DNA of 42,744 nucleotides from Anaerolineae bacterium (GTDB lineage Bacteria > Chloroflexota > Anaerolineae > CG2-30-64-16), in assembly GCA_034429055.1 (NCBI GenBank), contig DAOUGK010000039.1, forward strand, positions 1 to 42,744. The letters are read 5' to 3'. The translations under genes and the position numbers were made by a program. The notes under the pieces were generated by a model that saw only the letters and a list, made by a program, of their open reading frames with translations, was not told the DNA's origin and made no database searches. Position 1 is the first letter of the stretch. Each line of letters begins with the position of its first letter. Shown here one piece after another: positions 16,810 to 28,800 of the stretch.

Positions 16810-19800
16810 ATGAAACGCATTTCAGTCATGAGCCGGCGACGCAATCCCATGTTTTGGGTCGCCATGTTGACTGTTTGTCTCCTGCTGAGCGGCGCCGGCA
16901 CGTTCGAGCGGGCAGCGGCAGCCCCGCTGCCCGCACCCGCGCTGCCCGTAACAGATCAGCGGGCGGTTGATCCGGCGCCTCCGGCTGCGCCGGACGCGCC
17001 GGCGGCGCCCGATGACGCGGTCGAGTCTGGCCTCTGGGGCTGGTGGAAATTCGAGGAACAAGGCACCGCCGGCGACGGTACACCCACAACCCCCGACGAG
17101 TCTACGTATGGTCACACGGCCTTTTTCGGCGATGATGGGGGCGATGACTGCCCATCCATGAGCACCACTGAGTATGCGCCAAGCTATATGGCCAACGCGG
17201 GCAGCGCCGGATTCGATGGCAGCAACGATTGGTTCAGCATGCATACGGGCCCGAGCATCGGGAGCGATGACAATTTCACACTGGTGGCATGGATCAAGTG
17301 GACCAATGGCAAGTCCACCATCTTCTTCCAGGGGCAGCCCGAAGACAACCACGGGCTGGTCTTCGGCATCGACCTGGATAACCCCACGATCTATCCGGAC
17401 AGGGGCACCCTGCACTGTGGATTCTGGGACAACGACCTGAGGTATGATCCGGGCGATACGAGTCTGGAAGGTGCATGGCATCACGTGGCCTGCGTATGTG
17501 ACCACGACAACGCCCACGCACGGAAGCTGTATGTCGACGGCATCCTGGTGGCATCTGATTACCCATCCAGTTGGTATGCCGGGGGCGGCGACCTGTGGAT
17601 AGGACGAAAGCGCCCGGATGCTGCCCGATGGGATTTCGGCGGCTACATCGACGAGGCGCGTTTCTACACGCGCGCACTGACCGCCGCCGAGATCAAGGGG
17701 CTGGCCGCGCGCTCGGACACGGCGAACACCTGCTTCACCCAGCCGGTCAACCCATCCGGGACTACTAACGGCACCATCTTTGCCTCAACCGATGCGACGG
17801 CCATCAAGGCCGCCATCGACACTCTCGGCGCGAACGGTGGCACGGTGCGTATCTCCGGCACCTGCACAGGGGTTAGCGAGTATCTGTACCTGTTCACGCG
17901 TAATAACGTAGACTACATGGGTGTGGACTACCAAACGGTACTCGTTCCCACGCTGAACACCGGCAAATGGTTGACGCTGGAAGGCGGCTGGAATAGCACC
18001 TTTACGACCCATGACGCGGCCACCCACCCCACCACTCTGGATGCCAATAACTCCGGACGGGTGGTGTCTGCGCCCGGAACCACGGGTTCCCTGATCCTGC
18101 AGGACCTCACGATAACACGCGGAAATGCGAACACATCGCTGGAAAAAACGCCGACCTCGAGCAGTTGGACGACCGTGCCAGGCAACGGCGGCGCGCTGAA
18201 GACCGGCATACCGACCACCCTCACCAACGTTTCGGTCACCAACAGCCAGGCGGGAGCCAACGGCGGCGGTATTATGGCGGACGCGGCGTTGACGATGACC
18301 GACTGCACGGTTTCGGGCAACCAGACCGGCTATGCCAATCCATCCACCGGTTATTGGATCGCCCACGGCGGCGGCATCGCGGTGGCCGGCACGCTGACCA
18401 TGACCCGCTGCACCGTGACCGGCAACACGGCCACGAACGGCGCAAACGCGCAGGGCCTCAGCTCCTCGGGCGGCGGGATCCACACGACCGGTCCGTACAC
18501 GCTCACGGACTGCCAGGTGACGAACAATACCGCGTATCAAGGCGGTGGGCTGCGACACGTAGCCGTCGATGGGACGATCAGCGGCAGCACCTTCTCAGGC
18601 AACCGCGCGACAAGCGGCAGCTTTGCGGGCTCCTATGATGACGGCGGCGCCATTTACATGTCCAACGGCTCGATGAGCCTCACGAACGACACCAACGTCA
18701 CCGGCAACTCGGCTGACGGTAACGGCGGCGGCATCTTTGTCTCCACCGGCGCGCTCACCGTGTCGGGCGGCAAGATCGGCTGGCGCGACACCGGGCAGGG
18801 CAACACGGCCACCGGTGACGGCGGCGGCATCTACGTGGCCGAAGGTACAGTCGCGCTCAACTCGACGGTGCTCGTCTACGGCAACACCGCGGTCAACGGC
18901 GCGGGCGTCCACGTCAGGGGCGGCAGCCTGACCGTCACCGGCGCGAATATCGGCAGTACGGCGATGGGCGAGGGGAACGTCGCCTCGGGCAACGGCGGCG
19001 GCATCTACCTGGATTCCTGGGGCACGCTGCAGATGTCAACCACGGGTGCGTCCGTCGGGGGCAACCGGGCGGCGCAGGGCGCCGGCGTTTACGTCAACGG
19101 CGGCCAGATGACGACCACCAACGGTCACATTTCGAGCAATACGGCTACCACGGCCGGTGGCGCAATCTATGTCGCGTCCGGCACGGTAACCCTCGGCTCC
19201 ACCTCGACGTCGTTCGACTCGGCACCCAACGGGGCCGGCCTCTATGTTGCGAGCGGCACGGTGACCATCACCGGCGGCACGACCGGGTACAACACAGCCG
19301 CTTCCGGCTCTGGGGGCGGCCTCTATGTCGCGGGCGGCACGGTGGCAGTCAATGGCGGCAACCTCATCGATAACACAGCGACTTCCGGCGGCGGGGTGCA
19401 TGTGGCGGGCGGCGCGGTGACACTGGACGCCGCGACCATAGTGCGCGACAACTCAGCCACAACCGGCGGCGGGCTGTCGGTGGCCGGCGGCACGCTGACC
19501 GCCACCGGCACGACCATCGGCGGTGAGGCTGGCGTCGATTATGACTTCAACAGCGCATCCACCCTCGGCGGCGGGGCTTACGTATCCGGGACCGGCACCC
19601 TGAACCTGACGTCGGTCACGCTGTCCGATAACACCGCCTCAGTAAACGGGGGCGGGCTGCACGTTGCCGGCGGCACGGCAACGGTGAGCGACAGCACGAT
19701 CTCGAATGGCACGTCAGCGTACGGCGGCGGCGTGTGCACCACCGGGGGCACGGCTACCGTCACGGGCAGCACGATTGAGAACAACACCGCGAGCATTACA

Positions 19801-22800
19801 GGCGGCGGCGTCTATGCCTACGGCGGCACGTTGACGGTCACCGGCGGCACAATTCACGACAACAGCGCCACAACCTCCGGCGGCGGCGCGGGCACCGGCG
19901 GCACCGGCACCCTGAACCTGACTGCGACGGTGATCAGGAACAACACCGCTCCGAACGGAGCGGGCGCGTACAGCGGCGCGGGCACGCTGAAGGTCAGAAA
20001 CAGCACCATCTCCACGAACACCGCGACCACGACGGGCGGCGGCGTGCGGGTGGACGGCGGCACCGTGACGCTGGGCCTCACGACGGTGGCCGAAAACCAG
20101 GCCCCTGAGGGCGCAGGGTTATACGCCAACGCGGGGACGACGACGCCGACGAGCAGCATCATCGCCAGGAACAGGACCGCAACAGATGTCTACGACGGCG
20201 ACGTCAAGGCGGTTGCGGGCCTTACCAGCGGCGGCGGCAACGTGATCGGTGTGGGTGACGTGACCGCGTTCACGGCCCAACTGGACCTGAAGGGAATCAC
20301 CGATCCGGGGCTGAGCGCGCTGCAAAGCGACGGTACGCACCATCTGCAGAGCAATAGCGTGGCCGTTGATAATGGCCTCTGCGCGGTGGGCGGCGTGACC
20401 TACACCACCGATCAGCTGGGGCAGCCGCGGCCCGGCGGCGGCGGGACCTTCTGCGATTCGGGCGCGTATGAATTGCAGGTGCTGCCTGTCAACTGCGCCG
20501 CGAGATCGGGCGACACGACGCTTTCCGGCCCCAATGCCCGCATCGTGCAGCAGATGGTCGACACGGTTACCGCGGGCGCAACCATCAAGGTGGCGGGCCA
20601 CTGCAAAGGCGTGGCCGGCACTGACCCGTGGACGCTGGTCATCAACAAGAGCCTGACGCTCGAAGGCGGCTATTCCACCGCTGACAACGAGGCGTGGGAT
20701 GACCCCGACCCGGTCGAACATCCGACGGTGCTGGACGCGCAGAGCCTGGGCGGCGTGGTCTACATGAGCGGCAGTTCTGATATCACGCTGCGATACCTGA
20801 CAATAACCGGCGGCAGGCGCAGTTCGGCCGCGGGTGTGTCTGCCGGTAACGGGTCGCATGCGCACATCGAGTACTGCACGATCATCAACAACCACACGAC
20901 GACAAGCAATGGCGGCGGCCTGACGGCCGGCGGCGGCTCGACGGTCACCGTGATCGGCAGCCTCGTCCAGGGCAACTCTTCGGGCAAAGTAGGTGGCGGG
21001 GTGTACGTTGGCGGCGGCAAGCTAAACCTGATGAATAGCACCGTATACGCGAATACCGCGGAGTGGGGCGGCGGGGTCGCCAACTGGGGCGGAGAGTTGG
21101 ATCTGAAGTTCAACACGCTCAAGGACAACGGCAGCGCGAGCCTGTACATCAATGATGCTACGGTCAACCGCGTCACCGGCAACATCTTCTCAGGAACGAG
21201 CCACTGCTGGTACCAGGGCACCTGGAAGGTCACATCAGGCGGCTTCAACTACATTACCGGCGGCTGTAACCTGGGCACAGCTCCGGTAGGGCGACCCGAT
21301 GTGAAGAACGCCGTCATCGAGCTCGGCGACCTCGACTACAACGGCGGTCCGACGAAGAACTTCCTGCCCGCGGCCACGGTTAGCAACCCCGTGCTGGACG
21401 TCATCCCCGTGAACGCGTGCGAGGAAGTTCTGGGCACGACCCCGCTGGACCAGCGCGGACGGCTGCGGCCCAGCCTGGGCTGGGAGACACACGAGAACTG
21501 GTGTGACCCCGGCTCGGTCGAACGCGGCAAGGAGATCCTGGCAGTCTGCGGCTTGCCGCTCGATATGGAGCTAGAAGGCGGCCCGCGCGGCCGCTGTCGC
21601 TTTGATTCCGTTGCGCAAGCCATGAAGACTGCGGCCGACGGCGACATCATTGTCGTGTCGGGCGTCATCACCGAGAACGTCACACTGAACAAGGACGTGA
21701 CCTTGCGCGGGCCCATGCCCGACTGGAATACGCCGGGCACGCACATGGGGTTCATCCAGGCCTCGGCGGCCCCGCCGACCAGCACCTGTACGGGCGGCAC
21801 GGTCGTCAGCGTGCCGGCTGGCTCCATCGTGACTATCGAGGACCTGAACATTCGCCACGGCTGCGCGATAGACGGCGGCGGCATCAAGAATGAAGGGACG
21901 CTGATCGTCCTGCGCAGCACCGTCTACGATAACCGCGCCAGCGGCAGCGGCGGCGGCGTGTACAACTCCGGCACGCTGACGGTGAAGGACAGCACGCTGG
22001 CGGGGAACGCGGGCACGGATGGCGGCGGCATCTTCAACGCCTCCGGCGCGACCCTGGCCGTGGGCCGGTCCACTTTCAGCGGGAACACCGCAAGCACCAG
22101 CGGGCAGAGCATCGCCAACAGCGGCACCGCGACGGTGGGCGGCTCGATCCTCGCGACCTCCGGCACGGTCGCCCAGTGTACGGCCGGCATCAATGCGGAC
22201 GCCACCAACCTGGAATACGGGCCGACCTGCGGCATGAGCGGGAGCATCGGCGGCGACCCGCAGTTGGAGTCCCTGCGCGACAACGGCGGCGCAACGCTGA
22301 GCTATGCCATCAAGTCCACCAGCCCCGCCATCAACCTGGGTTACACCGGCGCGCCGGAATGCACCGGCCAGGTGGACCAGCGCGGCCGTACCCGCCCGGC
22401 AGGCAGCGCCTGCGACCTGGGCGCGTACGAGTATGGGCCGCGCACCCTTACCGTCGACGCCGCGGCGCTGCAGGACCCGGCCGCACTGCTCTTTGGGGAT
22501 CTCCAGAGCGCGCTCGACGCAGCGATGACGGGCGACATCATCGAGGTGCGCGCCGGCATCTATACGGGCAACTTCACAGCGTACCGCGATGTCACCATCC
22601 GCCACGCCGGGGTCCAGGTCAGCAAGCTGAGCCCCGAGCTGGGCTATGACCTGCGCGCCATCCTGCAGGCCTCGTCGCGTACCCCACAGGAACAACATGC
22701 GCTCGGCACGGGCGGCACATTCGCCGGCACGACCCTCACCGTGCAAGGCTATGCCCCCACCGGCACCAGTTTCGAGCCGACCGGCCAGGTCGCAGTCAGC

Positions 22801-25800
22801 CTGCAGGGGCTGACTATCCGCCACGGCACGGGTAAGCTGGGCGGTGGTATACACAACCTGGGACGGCTGACCATCGACGGCGCGACCATCGAAGGGAACG
22901 CAGCCACGGGCGAAATGGGCGCCGACGGCCGGGGCGGCGGCATCTATAATGCCGGTGACCTGACGGTTACGCGGTCTACCATTTCCAGCAACCAGGCTGA
23001 ACAGTATGGCGGCGCGCTCTACAACGCCAGTCCTGACCCTGCAGTGCCCGTAACAGCCACGGTCACGGCTTCCACTATCGCGTATAACCTGGCGATCCGG
23101 CTGCCCGACCAATACGTGGTTTCGGTGCGCAACACCGGCCTCACCCCTGAAACACTCGACATCATCTCGGGCGATGAGGTGCGTTTCGAGACGCAAGACA
23201 GCCAGGCGCATACGATGGAAGTGCAATCGGTGGCCGACAACATCAGTTGTAAGCCGGCCACCATCGAGGTGCCGCGTTCGGGCCTGGGCCTATCCGTGCC
23301 GCTCATCTGCACGACCTCGGCTACAGCGCCCTTCTCGGGCAGCGTGACCATCCATGATCCCGAATTCCAACACACCCTCATCCTGACCGTATCCGCCGCG
23401 AGTGCGACGCCCGACGGCGCATCCCTGTTCCAGACCGGCAAGAGCAGCGCCTGGCTCGACCGCTCCATCATCTACAGCAGCGGGGCTGCGCGACCCTGCG
23501 GCCGGTTCGCCGATGACAGCCAGGCGACTGTGCTGCCCCAGGGCACGAATCTGTTTGGGAATGAGGCGACTTACGAGGACGAAGGCGCGGCATATGGCCT
23601 GTGCGCCCTGCTGACGGGTGATTACCCGATCGCCGAGCCGTATCTCGGGCCACTGCAGGACAACAACGCGATCGACTTTGCGGCGGGGACTGTTTCCGGC
23701 TACACACATTCCCATGCCCTGCTGCCGCAAAGCCCGGCGATCGACGCGCTCGACGTTACGGCTTGTGGGGCGGCTAGTGCAACCATCAATCTCGACGCCG
23801 TCACTCAGGCAAGCCCCGGCAGCCTCAGCGTGCGTGCAGGCGATATCGTCATGTGGTCCAGCACCGTAGCGCGCACGGTGATGATCGATGACGGCCGCTA
23901 CAACGCGCGACGGGTGGAGGTGCCTGCGGGCCAAACGCCCGTTACGATGCAGGTCAACCAGCCCGGCACACTCAGGTATCGCGTGTATAACGCGGCCAGT
24001 GCGGAGCAAGGTTATGGCAGTATAACCGTCGCCGCGCGGCCCGACCGAGGCACGGACCAACGCGGACTCGCCCTGCCGCAACGGGGTACGACTCAGTCGT
24101 ACAGATGCGACATCGGCGCCTATGAGTTCGCCACCTGGGTGGTCGGGCAGCCGCTGCCGCGGCCGCCGTCCGTCAGTGGCAGCAGCCTGCCCCGTTGGAC
24201 CATCGACGGCGCAGACGCGGCGGGCTACCACGCCTGGAGCCCCGCGCCAATGCTCGATTACGCAATCCGTCCCACCCGCCCGGCAGTCGGTGGGGCAGCC
24301 ATGGAAACCGTAGAGGTCGCGTGGGCGACTGCCACCGCTCCGGCGGATGTAACGCAATTCGGCATCGTCGTCTGGCCGGACCAGCCACAACTCCACGTCG
24401 GCAGCGCCAAGGTCAATCTCAGCCACAGCACTGTCACCGATGGCTTCAATGTGGCGCCCGGTACCGCGCGCGCTTACGAGGGCTACGAGCCGGTCGAGGA
24501 GCTGGCAGGCGCCATCATCGACGGCACTGTCTTTAACCGCACCGAGTTGCACGCGGCGGACGGCGACCCAGAGGAAGGCGACTCGTATTCGGTCGTGCAT
24601 CTCAGCAAGAGCACGCAGTCGAGCGGCAGCCTGAAAGTGCTGGTCATCAAGACGCTGGACTGGGACACTCCCGGCATCCTCGACCTGCGCGACCGCGTAA
24701 CGGCCGACGGATACAGCCAGACCGACTGCGTGATTGGCCGCGAGCTGTCCTACCCGGCATTCAACGACAAGGCGGAAGAGGCCTACACGCTGCCGGGCCA
24801 TGCCGACCCGGAGCAGCGTTCCGGCTGGATCCTGTACGGGGTCGCATATGACGGCGTTGCGACTTCCGCCGAACTGACAACAGCCCAAAACACCGTCGAC
24901 AACCTCATCCCCCCGGCCCATGTACAGGAGATTCGCAACGGGCCGATCATCCCCGTCTTGGAACAGGCGCCGGCGGAGGGTGAGACGGACGCAAGGACGC
25001 AGGACGACCTGCGGGTCGCCTGGTACCAGACGGACAGCCGCAACGTGGCCTGGCCGGTGAAGACTGTGGCCTACCGCTGCCGCTGGCCCGTGGACGCGCA
25101 GACGCCGAAGATCATCGTTGCCAGCGAGCTGGGCTCGGAAATCGCCAACCAGGCTGTGTTGAACACCCGGCAATTCGTGGCGCCGACGGTGTACCATCAG
25201 GTCGACCCGGCGCTGCCCGGATACAGCCCGAACCACGAGCACGCCCTGCTGGCGAGCTCGAACCTGGGCAACACGCAGCCTGCCTTCTACGCGCTGCGCA
25301 CCGACCTGCTCAACCGGAATACGAACGCCGCGCACTGGCGCTCCTACGCGCTGCTGAAGTATCGCGACGCGCGGCAGGAGAACCGGACGCAGATAGCCGT
25401 ATACCGCGTGCTCCTGACGGAGAACGCGCCGGACCTCAACTATGCCCGCGTTCCGGGCGCCATCGGCCTCACGAGCGTGGACCCGCCCGGCGGACCGACC
25501 GCCGGCACGCTGACCCTGCGGGTCGGCACCGCACTGTTTGGCGGCAACACGACCGCGACCGTGCCGGTTGAGGCGCTCAATGGCGCGGGGCTGCATGCGG
25601 CCTATGTCGAGGTGGATTACGACGAGGTCAACCTGGAGCCTGTGAAGTGCGCGCCGAACCTCAACCGGTTTGTCGAGCGACCCTACCGGCCGCAAGTCGC
25701 CGCCGATGACAATATCCTCGTGGGCCATGTGGTGCATCTGCGCGTAACGACCGATGCCGGCTCCGACCTGCGCTACCGGTGGGACTTCGGCGATGGCACG

Positions 25801-28800
25801 GTGCAATATGACGACCGGGTCGTCAGCCATGTCTACGGCGCAGCAGACAGCGACCCGACCACGGTGGACATCATCGACCCGTACCACGTGACCGTGGAGG
25901 TGTCGAGCGGCCTGCTGGACAACATCGTCTCGGCCGGGATCGACGTACACATCCTCGCAACGCAGACCGTACCACCGATCCTGCTTCAGCCGGAGGATCT
26001 GACCGCTCAAACCGGCTGCCGCTTCACCACCGGCGGCAACATCCTGCTCGACCTGGTCGCGCGCAGCAAGCACGGCCTGACTGCCGATTCCCGACTGGCT
26101 GACCTGACCTTCAAGAAGAAGGATGCCTTTACCAGCGGCACCGCCACTGTCGCGGTAACGACAGCCAGCGAACCAAAGGGGCCGGATTACAGCACACTCA
26201 CTTACGGCCTCGGCGCGGGGCTGCCGGTCTATGCACCAACGCCCATGCGCGGGCTGCTGGATATCCAGCCGTGCGCGGAGACGCAGGCCAATACCGAGGA
26301 TGCGCCCTTCTGGAAGGACTGGAAGGGGATGCTGTGGGCCCGCGCAGCCGGCGACATGACCGTCAAGTACTTCTACCCGCTGCAGCGCGGCTTCTACCTG
26401 AGCGACGCCTATGCGGAGGAACTGGGGCTGGTCGATGGGGAGACCGCGGAGGTCCTGACTGAAGAGGAGCGGATCGGCAAGTGCATCCCGTGGTTGGACA
26501 GCCTGAGCAGCTACCCGCCGGAGTCCCAAGTCACATACGAGGACTACTCCGGTGAGGAGCAGACCAGGAATGTGTACCCGGTCAGCTATCATGTGCGCTG
26601 GCCTGAGCTGCCGGCGCTGCTGAACGTCGGCGAGACCGTGTTCCAGCGCGCCAAGGGCGGTGTCTCGGCAGTGGGCAGCCAGGTGGCGGTGACCCGCATC
26701 TATGACGACCTGGCAGAGTCGACCTGGGACAATGACGCGGAAGCGATCGCCATGGACCCGGCTGGCGTCACCCGGTCTGTCGCGCAGCTGATCGACCCGA
26801 TGGCCGAGGTGCAGGTGGAGCTGCCCGTTTGGATCGAAGGGCAGCCCGGCCTGCCGACGGACATCACGACCCAACGGCTGCTCATGGGCGGCGGCACGGC
26901 ACTGACCGGCAATGCCGATGACCCGAACCTGGCGCTGCCGTTCGCGCTGCGCAGCCGCATCGTCTTCCGCGACACTGCGGTGGACCTGGACGGCGACGAC
27001 GAGGCCAACGGCACGCTGGTCTTCAAGGGCTACTACGACGGCGCCTCGCCCGAGTACATCAAGGGCGACCCGCTGCTGCTATTGAACGTGATGTCGGAGT
27101 CCGACAAGCAACGGCTGCTGGACCTCTGCCCGAGTGGGACCGACGAGTGCACCGCGTACCAGGAGGCCGTCGAGGCGCTGTTTTGGAAGACATGGAACCC
27201 CCGCGACCTGGACCTGTGCCGGAACGCGGCGGGCTACCTGCCCGGCAGTGCCGCCATCCCGGCGGTCGATCTCGGCACTCCGGTGGCAGCGCTGTCGGTC
27301 AACTGCCCGAATTACCCGACCTACTTCCGCGACGGCGAGCCCGACCACGCGCTGCTCATTGCAGTGCAGGATACGCCGTCCCTTGACCTGCTGAACGAGA
27401 TCGGTGAGGCTTATGCAGAGGGTGAGCAGGTGGACGGCGTGACGGACACGCCCGACGGCATCCCTGAACCCTTCGAAGGCCTCGGCAAGGGCAAGGCGCT
27501 GACCGCGGGCAATGCCGCGGGCACGGGCTACATCACCCTGGCCTACAACAACGACTCCTCGCTGGGTGGGCTGCCCGTGTCGCTTCAGGTCATCAAGGTG
27601 GAGTGCGCCAAGAACGCCGCGGGCGAGGAAAGCCCCTATCGTGGCAATCTGCTGGTCATCAAGTCGGACAACCTGTTCGACGAGAAGCTGACCATCCGGC
27701 ACACTGGTGACTTCGGCGGCCGGCCCGACAACTTCGACTTCGAATGGTGGATCGCCGCAGTCGATGACACCGGAGTATCACCCTCACTGGCGCCGCCGAG
27801 TTACCCCTGGCAATCCTGGACCGCACCGGAGAAGGGCAGCACGACGCTCGGTCCGCAGATTACCATCGAGGGTGCCAACCCGACCACACTGCGGGATAAC
27901 TGGGTCATCGTGCGCTACAAGAACAAGACCTGCCCGGTCTGCGGCAACCAGTACACCTACAGCGCGTTCGCCGGCGACCCCTCGGCGAAGCCTTCCGAGC
28001 TACGCGCGCAGCTGGCCGAAGGCTGGATCAAGCGGGTGACCAGCGCGCTGAACCCGTTTGACACCCGTGTGGACGACTTCGTGAGCGCACCGACCAACAC
28101 CACGGTAGACATGATCCGGCAGGCCGGCCCGCGGTATGAGGGACCGGTGGCGATGACCAACGATCCCGAGACCCTGAACAACATGGGGCTCATCGAGGCT
28201 TACCAGACAGTGCTCGACCGAGGACGCGACCTCTCGATTGACGCGGGGGTCAACGACCAGGGGGCAAATGCTGCGCTGCTCAACGTGACCTCCCGCATCG
28301 CCAGCCTCTACATGTTGCTGGCGAATGATGCCTACATGGATGCACTCGACCCGACCGTCGGATTGGGCACGAGCAGCAGCCTGGGCGTCCGGGCGCCGGC
28401 CGTGTTTGCCTTCGCGAACCAGTTCCGGTCTGATCAGTTCGGCCTGATCGACGAGGAACTGGCGCTGCTGCGCGGCCGCGACGAGACGCTGGGTGGCGTC
28501 GCCGCGGCGCCCACCTATAATCGGCTGACCTGGAACTTCACGAATGGCGACGGCGAGGTTGCCTACGTGATGAACTACAACATCAAGGACGTGAACCAGG
28601 ATGGGTTCGTCAATGAGGCCGATGCGGCGATCATGTATCCGCAGGGCCACGGTGACGCTTGGGGGCAGTTCCTGACCGCCTTGACCAAGTATTACGAGCT
28701 ATTACGGCACCAGAACTACACCTGGGTGCCGCGCGCCGAACCCATCAGCGTGGCCGGCGCGCCGGTCGTAGTGGATTACTACGACGAGCGGCGCTTTGCC

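Noticed and set aside
23101-24030. Copper-binding (blue-copper) function for the cupredoxin-like inserts
   Set aside because: No His...Cys-x(n)-His-x(n)-Met ligand constellation is visible in either segment. Only the strand pattern resembles cupredoxins.
23290-26874. 1,194-aa minus-strand ORF, with similar ones at 21571-23226, 20119-20895 and 28000-28650, inside the giant gene
   Set aside because: All are antisense to the domain-rich giant ORF. They have biased Arg/Gly/Ala composition, no motifs and no SD sites, so they are high-GC shadow frames.
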